From: Antedon mediterranea
Taxonomy: Eukaryota; Animalia; Echinodermata
Length of the DNA stretch: 64,000 bases
Assembly: GCF_964355755.1 (NCBI RefSeq)
Contig: NC_092677.1
Coordinates: forward strand, 17,444,101 to 17,508,100
Reading direction: 5' to 3'
Positions 38,180 through 50,560 of the stretch are shown here, piece after piece (positions within the stretch are counted from its first letter, which is position 1; the number at the start of each line of letters is the position of its first letter). The notes under the pieces are model-generated. The model did not search any database and was not told the origin of the DNA. It was given only the letters and a program-made list of their open reading frames with translations. The translations under genes and the position numbers were made by a program.

Positions 38180-39650
38180 GTCGTTCACTCGACCAGACTG
38201 TCTTTTCCCATGGTTGGTGGCCTAGTTATGCATCTTGCTTTTTTCTTTGTGTTTAACATTTTAACCCGCCGCCGCCAACAGGACACTGACCTGGTAGTGC
38301 GTTGTCTGGTGTCAGTCACTGAAGACTTATCCGTGTTATCAAACAAAATGATAATAAATGATACTTGACTTGACTTATAATAAATCAAACATACTACTGT
38401 ACTGTATAATAATTTAGGTTATATATTAGACACTGGAACAATTATTTGTCACAGGCTCAATTTACCTTACCGAAAATCGTGACTGCTGCACCTCTTCCTC
38501 TTCAAAATTAAAACATTTTATTGGTTCACTTAAAATGGAAATTCATTTGCTTGGAATACAACTTCAAGAAAAAATACATCAAATTGCACAAACGCCATAG
38601 GCTAATATTAATAAGCCAATGTTAAAATACCGTTAATAAAACGATTAAAAATGATTAAAATTCAAAACAAAAATTACTGTATAGTGTTACCGTTGAACAT
38701 TTTAATTACCCATACATGAATGCTATATACTGTAGATTGATTTGGTCAGTGGCGTATCCAGGATTTTGAAGTTGGGGAGGGGGGGGGGGGGGGGGCGGGA
38801 ATTGCTAATTTGCCGACAAAATTAGTATCATTCCTGTACATACACCTGATCAATATATGTTCTAGGATTGCATAGTCATATTGTCTTATATATGGGATAA
38901 CGATCCAAAATTAAAACCAAACCAACATTATCTGTTAGTATGTTGTATTCATATTACAATAAAGAAAGAATTCGAAATATAGGGTCTAAAACACCGCCGA
39001 AAATGATCGTTTTTAGCCACGAAAGAAGTAAAATATAAATTGTATTTGTATAATCTGTATTTAATATCAGTCACATAGTTTATTTTATTGCTAAGGTCAA
39101 GTCTGAGGGTCACTTAAATTGTATTTGTATAATCTGTATTTAATATCAGTCACATAGTTTATTTTATTGCTAAGGTCAAGTCTGAGGGTCACTTCATCAG
39201 CAAGTGAAGTGCAGTGTGAAGTATCATGGGACTCATAAATACTGTACCAGAAATGCTTTGGGATTTGTCGTTCGGACTCTTTTCCCAGACGTTTTGTGGG
39301 CCCATCAGCTGTTACCTATGAATTATAGTCGAGTATGCATTTTCGCATTTCTGTCATCCTTAGATAGATAACTTCTGCTTACTTCCGGTTTATTACTGAG
39401 TCATCCTCCTGGGACGTAGCGGGCTAAAGTAGCAGCGTGAAAAATTAATGTGTCCATATTAACAATCGTCACGAAAAACATCACATCATGTACATGGAGA
39501 AATACAGCAAAATTCACTTGCACATTGGGATTGGTTAGTAGTTTGTAATGATGTCATCTGGTAGACTGGATCATAGATTTGACATTGAAGAGAATACAGT
39601 GCACCTGATTGGTGCATCTGTTTGTTTAGCAGCTTTGCCAAGCAAGCTTC
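38180..39650 (+). repeat. Second copy of a local tandem duplication (paralogous to 30043-30085, 32148-32706 and 34967-35150 plus 38149-38178)
   Basis: 38180-38746 aligns with 30043-30085 plus 32148-32706; 39452-39650 aligns with 34967-35150 plus 38155-38178. Also contains a 79-bp tandem duplicate at 39036-39194. Confidence 0.85.
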
Positions 39651-40445
39651 ATTCCTCCCTACAATCTGTACCCATTTAAAAAATAACATGCTTGATTCGC
39701 GAGGTCAAACCACTCTGCGCGGCCGGCCGACTAACTGTGTGCAGCATGCACATGATGTGCGTTTAGTTGTTATGTTTTGTTTTTTGCGAAGTGAGAGTAC
39801 TACTACTATTAATTATGAGGAGCTCCTTAGGTGTTTAGTAGAGGACTGGAAGACGGAATTCTTGGGGAAAGTCAGTTTTTGCTAGCTAGCAATAATGAAT
39901 AATATTCCCTGTGTAAATCTAAGCGAGGTCCGGCCTAGATTGAGCTCGGAGAGAGTGTAAAGTTACAACAGGTGGTGGGAACAAAATGGCAAGCAAGATG
40001 AGGACGGCGGTTCGGTGTTTTGATGCTATGGAAGACATGATGGTCAGAGCTAGGCTACTATAAGTATTATCGGCCTATATGAGTCTTGTGAGTACAAAAT
40101 AAACATAAACAAATGCCTCCGTAATTACTTACTGTGTAAATAATAAGGTAAGTACTGTTTGACATCATTATATTTTAGTCTGAGTTTGAAAGGCAATGTA
40201 TATTTGTTGTATTTTCTTTATTTAGTTAATCCATTGACCCCTAAAAGTCTTACTAAGTTTATTTTGCTAAAAAGGGACCTAAAAAGCATAGGTTGCATAA
40301 TTAATTACCCATAACTTTTGACAGAAATTTAAAAAATGAAAAAAGAAAAATAATACTAAGGACATTTTCTTGCCGCTAAAAGTTGTACAGCAATTGAATG
40401 GGTGTTTTTAACCATTATTTTTGCACTGCCATTTAACTGGTTATT

Positions 40446-40939
40446 AGGGAGGTTTCGCAACCTTACGAATACAATAACGAAAACGGATACGTCATACATT
40501 TGTGAAACTTTTGAGCTGATCCCCATTTCGTATTCGTATTCGTGTTGACGAATATCACCAGTCTTATTCGTACATAACTACAAAACGAGTATAGTTTTTG
40601 ATCTATTTTGCACATTTTGCATTTGAATCAGAAATGATTCATGATTATAATATAATTATAAATTTATTGAAAGTAATTTACTAAAGTAATTTACTAAAAT
40701 GTCAATTTTGATAAATAGCAGTTTTTAAAGTCCTCATTCGCTTTGATGTTACGCTAGGCCTAGGCAGCCAAGCACCAAGCAACACGTACCTGCGCTTCGC
40801 TCAAATTTACCGCAGTCATATTTTGGACGCGCCTCAATATTTCGCTGCTATGCGAAACAGATTTTTTTATGGCTTACGAAAGCGAATACGTGTGCGTGAT
40901 GTTTTCGTTATCGTATTCGTAAGATTGCGAAACCTCTCT
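40446..40939. mobile_element. PIF/Harbinger-type MITE
   Basis: TIR AGGGAGGTTTCGCAACCTTACGAATAC / GTATTCGTAAGATTGCGAAACCTCTCT with ATT 3-bp TSD. Confidence 0.78.
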
Positions 40940-41894
40940 ATTAAAAAATTCTGCTCCCAAGAAATTAGGTTAATTTATTAACACCGTTTTTAACTGGTTA
41001 TTTTTAAAATGAAATTACCCTGCCCTGTTTAAACCAAATAAATGCGACAAATAATTTGGACAAATGAAGTATTGAAAGTGGTAAGAAAATACTGTAAATG
41101 AATAGATAAATAGATGGATTATCCTAGTTATTGGATACAGTACTGTTTGCTTGAAATTACATTTTTTTTCAGGTAAATACATTTTTTTTCAATCCAATTT
41201 TTGGTCAAAGTGGACAACTATTATGTTGCATTAAAATGGAATATTAAAAAAAAAAATTGTTTTCAGGGGGACAATACATCTTTAAACAAAGTAATTATTA
41301 CTCAGAACATACAGTAAGCAAGTCAAAGGTGAAAAACATAAAAAACGTTCATTTTTTACTTTATTATTGCAAACAACATCTGGTCACTTCTTTGGGTTTC
41401 TATAATTTATATAGATGACCTTATTACTTTAAATTTATTTTTGCATTTTACTTTACATTTTTGCACTTTATTATTTTGTGTTTTGTTTACTTGAAGATTG
41501 ATTTTGTTTAATTATGTACAGGGTGTGCTTTGCTATTTGTATTTTAACTTTAATTGTTTTCCTATGACAGACAATTTGTCTCATTGATAATGTATTATTT
41601 TTGTGTTTACCTAAATGATTGATTTTTAGGGATGCTTTGTTATTTTAACCTTCACTTTTTGGTGTTTGTTGACAATATGCTTTTTCATTTATTTCCACAA
41701 TATTTTATAACATACATACAAGATAATAAATGCCAATAACAACGTAGACATTAATTGGTGTTTTACAGTGATAAAGATTAGGCATTTAAATAATGAAGAA
41801 ATTAAAAAAACAAAATATGTGTAACAATAACATAATGTAACTTCTATTATAAGTTATAAATTCTAAATATTGGGACTTCTGTAAAGAACACTGT

Positions 41895-42240
41895 TAATAT
41901 ATAGGTCACCCTTTCTAAATACTGGTTTCTTTCCTTCATTGAATGCTTTAATTATGACATCCCGAAGAGCTCGCTTCTTCATTAAATCAGAAGATATTCT
42001 AACACGTGCATATATTCTTTATTCAATTGGCCTTTAAGCTTTTCACTTGAGATATTACTGCAAATTTTTCAGTTCTGTATAACAACCGTACAATAATTTG
42101 CCTCTGCTTATCCTTCATAATTTTAACAATGCGATGAGCATATTCAATATTAATATTTGTATCCTCCATTTTTAAATCTTGCTGGATTTTTAGGCGGCAT
42201 TTCGAAAATATAAATATACAATAGTGTTTAAACAACAATA
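41895..42240 (-). mobile_element. LINE ORF1 remnant (L1-type RNA-binding domain as in CR1/L2 clades)
   Basis: INIEYAHRI...RQIIVRL...KFAV resembles the IERAHR...RPIIVKF ORF1 motif; disrupted by stops downstream. Confidence 0.55.
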
Positions 42241-42424
42241 TTAATCCAGGATTTTTTACTATTATGGAGTTAAACCAGCCAACGCAAATAATGTATCCGG
42301 AGAGGTGTGCAGATCACGTCTTAACTCAATCGTCGCCATTTTGAACTAAAATGGAATAGTTTTGAAAATTAGATTAAAATTATAGTCTAGGATAGGACTG
42401 AAAAAACAGTACACTAACTAAATA

Positions 42425-43208
42425 CAGTCGACTCCGCCTAAGTCGAATCTAATGGGACCGGTATAAAAATTCGAGTTACGCGAACTTCGACTTACAGATT
42501 TGCCAAAAAAAATATGCTAGGCCTAGGTTCACTCACTAGCCGCCCTATGGCTAGGCCTAGTGGACCCTGCCCTGTCGCAATCGCGGCCCACGCGATGAGC
42601 CTTCTTGAATTGAGTTTGCTTAGCTAGCTAGCTAGCTAGGCCTAATAAATGCTAAGCCTCTTTATCGGCAATGATAAACTGTATTTTCTTTTATGGTTTA
42701 AGCCCGAAACAATACAAAAACGTATAATAAATACATTTCGGTTTTTATTCGAAATCGGTATCCATTGTTTATTGCCATCTGTCTAGCACAAAATAGGTAC
42801 CCACAAAACGCCGCTCAAGTTCTCAACTCTGAAACAAGTCATACACTATACACTAGCGCGAGTTGTAGGACGCCGCCTATACTATACAACCTGCTTGAGA
42901 GAACCGATATGGTCCCACATTATCCCCTCTGTTGTTTGTTTATCGAAGAATTACGTACGTTTCATCGGCTTTTTTAGCGCGTTGTTGCCGCGTAATTTGT
43001 GACTTCGACTTATACGATATAAATCACTAAAGAATGTGTGTATTCGGACCGCAAAAAGACGTCGACTTAGACGAATTTCGACTTAGAAAAATTCGACTTA
43101 CAAATAAAAATTACACAGTAATATATAGGAAAGAATTGGGACTTTCCAAAAAATTCGACTTTCGCGATTTTTCGACTTACGCGAATTCGACTTAGGCGGA
43201 GTCGACTG
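42425..43208. mobile_element. pogo/Tigger-like (Tc1/mariner) MITE
   Basis: TIR CAGTCGACTCCGCCTAAGTCGAAT / ATTCGACTTAGGCGGAGTCGACTG, TA TSD and repeated TTCGACTT subterminal motifs. Confidence 0.88.
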
Positions 43209-43684
43209 TAGTTACTACTAACTAAATAGTTACTAGACCCCTGACTTATTTAATTTATCTTAAACTACTTTGTAGATGCACCTCAAACCTTTTATTTTTG
43301 TTTGGATATTTTGGTGCCTTCTTTTTTAGATGGCCAAGTTCCAATAGCTTCGCGAGTATTTCATTGTACACTCTAATATTCTTTATATTGGTGGTCCTCC
43401 AATTTCCTATTTCTATTTTGTCCCTATATTCAGGGCTTCCCCACAGTGAAAGTCGCGAATTTCAGATTCTTTCCACTGAACTCGCTTTAACATACTTTCT
43501 ATCTTAACATAAAGGGAAAAAAAATACACGCTTCTCAGTTCTTCAGATTTATCGGCGAGGACTATATGCTACTGAAAGTTTTTTTGTGTAGAGATTGTTC
43601 TTTGACCTATAGGTCAAATTCATTGTTCACGTCATCGCCATGATTGGATACAATATACAATACGTTGAATTACAGTAGCGTTGT

Positions 43685-45813
43685 CAGGGCTCGATTTATC
43701 TTTTTCATGTTGCTAGCCCACTGGGCTAGTTCACTGTAGATTTCACTAGCCCATACATTATTTTACTAGCCCACTCATATCGCACCGTGATAGCAGGGCC
43801 ACCATATAAATGAATACAGGCATTTTGTACAATCTTAACGATCGGGAATTGCTACACATTTACATACATACTGTAATATTTCTTGAAAAATTACACAAAA
43901 TTGTATTTCTTTATTGTTCACATAAAAATTAACTTTGCGTCGCATAGTCTATTTCATGCTCACCACATTTACAGAATTGATTTATTGAGGTCTTTTTGTT
44001 GTTGGGCTTCAACTTAGCTGAGAAAACTTTTTAGATTCTGTCTACCTTAGGCCTAGCCTAGCCTTAACTAACCTGGCCCATATTAGATAACTGTAGTAGG
44101 GTAGCTAGGATAGACCTACCTAGATTGCATTGGAGCACCTGGCCTACTGCTACCAAAATGGTAGTACCTAGCTGCTGAGCAGCCATCATGATGCCAAATT
44201 AAACAATACAAACTCTTGTGTCTTGAGACTGCATACCGAACCTATTTTCTTATTGAAGCTTACAGAGGCCTTTTATCACTAAATGATTTGTTTTTGGTTT
44301 TATTTTAAACAAATTAAAAAATACCAAGCTTTTTGGCTTTTGATTCTATCTAGGCCTACGCATTATAAAATATGGCCTCCATGGCCTACCTACAGCTGGT
44401 ATAGAGCTAGACTTGCCCCAAGTCTGTATTTATTGTCTTTTTTTTTTATTTATTTGTTTTTATTTCGACCGCGATTTTTGTCTGAAAATACAGACTTGTG
44501 AAACACGTATAGAAATCGATTTGCAGACCGCAAACCTCCGATAAGAATGACGTAGGTTATCATACCGTATTTGGCTATATGGGGCGGGCGGTATGTAAAT
44601 ATGGATTTTGAATCAACCAATGATCATTTTGTTTCAAAATGAAAAAGATCGAGTACGTACAGTGCTGAATGTACTATCGAGACTGAACAACTGTTGATGA
44701 AATATAAAATCGTGTTGCCAAGTTGTTTTGTTTATTAATTGTTTAGTCCTCCTGCGTAGGGCTACTCAACTCGTACGTATGACCTGCCAAATAAAACGCC
44801 AATAAATAAGGTACATACCACCACCGACCGGCACACAACAGGGCTACACCACCACAAACACAGAACAGGACAGGGTCTGGGTGGGAATTATAAAATCAAA
44901 TTATCTCCGCATAATATGATCCATTCAATGTTTGATTTGGCGGAGAAGCTAGCCTATCATATCAAGACGAGTTTTCATGTTCTTGGGAAAAATCCCATCA
45001 AATGTTTACCAGACTACTAGGCATATAAAATCATTTATAGCCTTCAGAAACTTTCATCAATGTATACCCAAGTACACATTGTCTAAACGTAGCATAGCGC
45101 ATGCGTATCATCTTAGATGTTGAGTCTTTGAAATTCTGAAATATGAATATTAAAACTGCCTGCGAGTGAGTAGCCAATGGCATGCGGCTGAAACTAGTCA
45201 ACTGGATAATTTATGCACCAAGAATTCTTGGTGTCAAACCACGTGACTTATGCGTGTTTCCCCAGACGGAGTATCCAAACTCAAGTAATACATGTATGAA
45301 ACGCCATATGTGCAAAAATATTTATATTTTTACTAATATTAAGACAAAACTCCGTCTGGAGCCCAGACTAGTATAGAGCCAGCCACCCAGCCCTACAAAA
45401 TATCCCTAGCTCTGATCTGTGACAACCAGGCCTGACAAGACCAGACAAGTTATTTTTAACATTGACAAAATTCTACTACATTTGGCCAATCACAGTTCTT
45501 TATTTTGGTCATATTTTTGTGAAGTGTAACAAAAACATAAATGGCCAATCATAATTCGGGAAATTTGCTTGATTATGAGAGGCTCCGCCTACTTCATCTC
45601 TTGTTATGGCCACAGCAGCGCGCGAGTGGTTTTTTTTGCTGATGTTGCCAAGGCATGTCTTTTATGCTGGAATTATTTTTATGAGGTCATTTCGTCCCAA
45701 TTTCGAGTTCCCACAACCTACTAGCCATCCGGGCTTAAAGGAAGATACTTTAGGTAGCCCGGAGCTGTTTTTACTAGCCATTGTACGCCGGGCTAGCACT
45801 AAATCGAGCCCTG
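43685..45813. mobile_element. hAT5-like non-autonomous element (5-bp TSD)
   Basis: TIR CAGGGCTCGATTTA / TAAATCGAGCCCTG; CTAGCCC subterminal repeats; GTTGT on both flanks. Confidence 0.78.
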
Positions 45814-46314
45814 GTTGTACACTTAAACGGTACCACCAACCGTTTTTACAAGCATCATACGACTACGACGCGTTGTACGCGCCTCCCCAACTGTTCAGAC
45901 ATATTTTAGTTTATTGTCGTACGCTAAACACTCTAAACGCCATGATTCTGAACAAGGCCTAAGAAAAAGATTCAACTCAATTTGTTTTCATTATTACACA
46001 GCTGAATGAAATATTTATCACTTATGGTATTTTATACATCCTGAGACATTAACCACAATAATATCAATGTTTCAATGCCTACAGATCCCAAAAGATAATT
46101 TTGTCATTGTACACCCTGTTAATGTTACACAGTGTAATACACTAGTGCACTAAGGCCAAGTGTTTGAACTCACTATTTGATAAACCACTATAAAACTAGA
46201 ACTGGACTTTTCTAATCATGTTATATTAAGTTAAATTAGGTCAGTACAATACAAGTCAAATATTGTTTACATTAATTATTATTTGTCAAATCGTGTTTTG
46301 TTTACTTCAAGATT

Positions 46315-46700
46315 GATTTTGTTTAATGATGTACAGGGCATGCTTTGCTATTTGTGTTTTAACTTAAATTTTTTTCCTATTTTTTTAAAAATTTTGGTTC
46401 ACGGACAGACAGTGTGTCTCATTGATAATGCATTATTTTGTATTTGGTTTAATGATGTACAGGGCATGCTTTGCTATTTGTGTTTTAACTTTAATTTTTT
46501 TCCTATTTTTTTTTAAATTTTGGTTCACGGACAGACAGTGTGTCTCATTGATAATGCATTATTTTGTATTTGGTTTAATGATGTACAGGGCATGCTTTGC
46601 TATTTGTGTTTTAACTTTAATTTTTTTCCTATTTTTTTTAAATTTTGGTTCACGGACAGACAGTGTGTCTCATTGATAATGCATTATTTTGTATTTTGTT
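46315..46700. repeat. About 127-bp tandem repeat x3, with a dispersed related copy at about 41480-41600
   Basis: TTTAATGATGTACAGGGCATGCTTTGCTATTTG...GGTTCACGGACAGACAGTGTGTCTCATTGATAATGC recurs at about 46322, 46448 and 46574. Confidence 0.9.
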
Positions 46701-47343
46701 TATTTTATAGATTTTGTTTGATTTTGTATGCTTTGTATTTTAATTGGTTTTATTTTGTTGACACCCTGATTACAGTCTCTCTTATTGATAGTGTATTCAT
46801 TTTTAGGGTATGCTTTGTTATTTGTATTTTAACCTTTTTTTCCTCATTTGTTTCATTCTGGTTGGCACCATTCTGACAACCAATAAATAACTTAATAGTA
46901 CAAACACAAGGGATTAGTTACATGATGGAGGTGCAGGCATGGGTAAAACATACCAAGGATTGTTTCATTCTGTTTAGCACCAATGTGTGTCACACAAAAA
47001 GTGACAACCAATTTAAAATACTGTAGTACAAAAACAAAAGAATGCAGTTAATTATAATAATTGATGGAGGGCCAGCCAGGCATGAGTAAAACAGACACCA
47101 AGGACCAAAGCATTTTGATAACATGCTAATACTATACAAAGCTGTCAGTAAGGGGGGGGGGGGGGGTAGCTTTTGAACTCTTCATTGCATATTTTGGGAG
47201 TATATTTTATCTTTTTCATCAATTATGAAACATAGGGGAAACTATAAATCAATAATTATTGGAATGTATGATCAATAGAAATTTTTTGCCCGCACCTGGC
47301 CTTTAAGACAAAATATATTCTGTGGTCCCTGTAATAGAAGCCG

Positions 47344-47605
47344 TCAATAGAGCCTATGCCAGTTGAAACCTGGTCCTGAATGCTTCAATTGTACAGTATC
47401 TTCTTTCGATGGCTTTACATTAGATGCGATATTTTTTGGTAGATCAGGTCTGCCTACATATCGTTCACCTAATACAATATCTTTATCATTGCGTCGAGCA
47501 CATACACTATTCATCAGCCTTTCTCTAAAAGGAAATGTTTTCTTTGTGTAGATTTTCTTCACTACCCACTGTTTTTTTCGTTTTGGGAATGCCAAGCCAA
47601 ACCTG
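47344..47605 (-). mobile_element. Probable transposase C-terminal fragment (Kolobok-like)
   Basis: FPKRKKQWVVKKIYTKKTFPF...LPKNIASNVKPSKEDTVQLKHS resembles C-termini of Kolobok-type transposases (from memory); a TTAA-ending repeat terminus lies adjacent at about 47220-47306. Confidence 0.4.
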
Positions 47606-48119
47606 AAAGTGAGCGCACTAAAAATACAAAAGTACACTGTTTCTACAAATATTCTACTTTCAGAATATGTAATAAAAAATAAACTTCACCATGTAGTTTA
47701 GAATCTATGACTGTTTTAAAAAAGGCATAATTTTGACGTAATTTTAAGTCGAAATTGTTTAAAAGTTGGTAAAATTACTAGAAAGGCTAAAAAAACAAAA
47801 ATCACGCAATAAAAGATATTTTTAGCGCTAAAAAAAAAATTGTGTGCGCGGGGGAATTTGTTACATGCTTAAAATGACATAAGCGTAGAAAATAGATTAG
47901 ATATTGATTTTTTTCGCATTTTAAATTTTTAAACGCGCGTGAGTGCAATTTAAAATGTTTATGGTTTTCTAACTATGTTAAATACGCAAAATTCCTAAAA
48001 TCGCGCGTAACTTACGCTGCGTGACTCTAAGGTAAAAAAACGAAATGTCCTGTACATCTACAGCTACAGGTCAATCTTATGACTGCTTTTACCGCATTAT
48101 GTTTAATAACTTTACTCTT

Positions 48120-48700
48120 TAATGTTGGCATCATCACATCATGTATAGCTTGGCAAGTTTCCTTGACCACAAAACAAGCAGTAGCCGGAGAAACTCCGAA
48201 CAAATGACCAATAGTGCGAAACTCGCAGTTGGTAGCCAAATGCCACAATGTTATTGCAACTTTTAACAAAACACTTAAAGACTTCCGGAAAGTGGAGTCT
48301 GGTTTGTAAAGTTCATTGTGTAGTTGTGCACAAAGATAAATAAAAGATTCTTTGCTCATCCTAAAATTTCTTCGCCAATCTTCTTTCGTAAAACTATCTT
48401 GAACAATCGATTGCCAAAAAACTCCTACCATCCTTTTTTTAATCCAAATGGATCGATCTTGACCATAAGACAATGGCTTACCCCCACTAAAACTAACTGA
48501 ATCCAACGGTGCCGCCTTCTCCAAAGGGCCAATTTACATCGACCCTGCATTGCTCTACGGAATTCCTGCCTACTTCTTCTCACTCGACGCCGGGCCTAGT
48601 TTCTTCGTTGAAATTAAATTGGTGATTTGATCTACTACTATTCTTCAGAAAACGATGTGCAAACATTAGTAGTTAAGCAATAATACAATTGTTTTGATCC
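48120..48700 (-). mobile_element. PIF/Harbinger (HARBI1-like) transposase N-terminal fragment
   Basis: RSIWIKKR...FW...DWRRNFRMSKESFIYLCAQL...KVAITLWHLATNCEFRTIGHLFGVSPATACFVVKETCQAI is the typical Harbinger HTH region; truncated before the DDE domain. Confidence 0.85.
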
Positions 48701-48849
48701 ATATTAAATACCGTTATTTGATGCTTTTTTTGATAAAGTTCGATAGGCCTAGTGTAGATCGACAACGCTTAATAATAATATTAACTTGAGCGGATATGAC
48801 GTGAATTTATCGAAATCGTATCATCGAGCACAAAGATGTGCTGCGAATG

Positions 48850-49500
48850 GTTTAGCCTCTTCTTTTAGTTCTTTAACCTTGCCCACCTTCTTTTCCTTCA
48901 TCATCCAAGTTTTCAGTTTTGCTGATGGTGGCGCATCTGACCTCTTTCTTCTTTGATTTAAGTCTACTTGATATGCTGCACGCTTCATTGTCTTTTAGGC
49001 AAGACCATAATTCTTCTTGTAAAGTAGAGTTGCATACTTCATCTTGACATGCAGAGTTGAGGCCAGCAGACGTTTCATGTACAGATCTTTTTTGTTTCTC
49101 TTCTTGTTAATCAAATTTATAGTTGTCTTTAGTGATTCTGTGGTGAATTTCAGAAATATCCTTGATATGGGAGATGTTATGATGCCACTTAGTTTGAGAT
49201 ATTGTCTTCGTTTTGGTGTGGTTTTCGTGACTAAATGGGTTATTACCTCAGCATATTTTTTACTTGTTCTTGGCAACGTTTTCTTAGCCCGTCTGATTTA
49301 GCAGATTTAGATGTAGATGGAGAATTAGTTGTTGTTGCAGGTGCTTCTGCAGCTGGTGTTTTTATTTCTTCTGCTTGATGTTTCTTTTATTTCTTTTCTG
49401 CATACTTTTTTCTTCTTTGGTTTTCCCTACGCTTTGCCCGGTATTCTCTTTTTGCTTTTTCCGTGATTCCTGTAGCTGCTACAGTATACACCAACTCGTG
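48850..49500 (-). mobile_element. Degenerate Lys/Arg-rich coding remnant, probably the N-terminus of a DNA transposon protein
   Basis: Broken ORFs such as PRTSKKYAEVITHLVTKTTPKRRQYL...LNQRRKRSDA; no splice structure; embedded among TE fragments. Family not recognised. Confidence 0.3.
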
Positions 49501-50179
49501 TTTTTGGTTTGGTTTGGGTTAGGGTTAGGAAAAATTGGATAACAACCAAACGTAGGCCTCTTAGATATGTATGAGTTGTTTTTTTTCTTTGTTGACAATT
49601 ATTAAAATATTCGATCAAAGTTACCTTCGGCATCCAACAAATAGTCCGACCTTCTGGCATTGCTTCTGACTTCGGTGTATGTTATTTGAAACAAGTTCTG
49701 GACGCTATCAGGGGTAAGTTTAGTTGATTCACTTTTTATAAACGCCTTCCGACATGCTATCGAATTTTCCCATTGCATGTTTCCAATCCAGATAGTTTTC
49801 TTTAAAATAAAAATATTTATGTTTAATAATTATGTGTTATACTGTAACTGCACTGGAGTGATAAAATTATTTTTCATTAATATAAATAAATTCTAATCAA
49901 ATTATACAACTGATTGTAAATATACAGTCATAGAGTCTGATGTATCAATTTAACTGATTGAACCGCCCGAACGACGATTATATATTATTATGTTACCGTT
50001 TAAACAATGTTTTTAGGAATAGGCAATTCATGAAAAGTTCAAAAACAATTGTTTACAAACCTTTAAAATCCGTGTTCTGTCTAAAACATAAACTTCACCG
50101 CGCTAGAAACAATATGAGTTTTTGTATCCATTGCCGTTATGTATGTATTTATTCCTGATATATTTATTCCTGATATATT

Positions 50180-50560
50180 TATTATTTATTTATTTATTTA
50201 TTAACAATATTTAACCAGGGTGGTAGAATCAGTCAAAAAGACTGGTCTCCCTTGGGGCCCATGGTACAATAGTACATTTGAAACTAAAATATAAAAATAA
50301 CAGTAACACAATAAAACTTAAACTACAGTAATGCCTTAAAGTTACTTTTGAAAACATTTAAATTACATGACAATTTAGTTTCTTCACTTAATGTGTTAAA
50401 AAGATCAGCACCTTTCCATTTAAATGAATGCTTATAGTACTCTGTTCTACATTTTTTCAGGGAAAGTGATTTGCAACTATTTCTTGTAAAATGATCATGA
50501 ATTAAGGTATTCGGGTACATCTTCATTTAAACACTTAAACACTAAAGACGATCGTTTGAG
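50180..50560 (-). mobile_element. CR1/L2-clade LINE 3' end
   Basis: ORF2 C-terminus TRNS..LSLKKCRTEYYKHSFKWKGADLFNTL..ETK...LNVFK followed by a short 3' UTR and (AAAT)n tail at about 50180-50202. Confidence 0.8.

Noticed and set aside
39195-39316. Possible minus-strand exon (VTADGPTKRLGKESERQ...)
   Set aside because: Plausible splice sites, but no recognisable homology or partner exons.
39985-40050. Possible first coding exon MASKMRTAVRCFDAMEDMM in a GC-richer patch
   Set aside because: Weak donor and no downstream exons identified; cannot be supported without transcripts.
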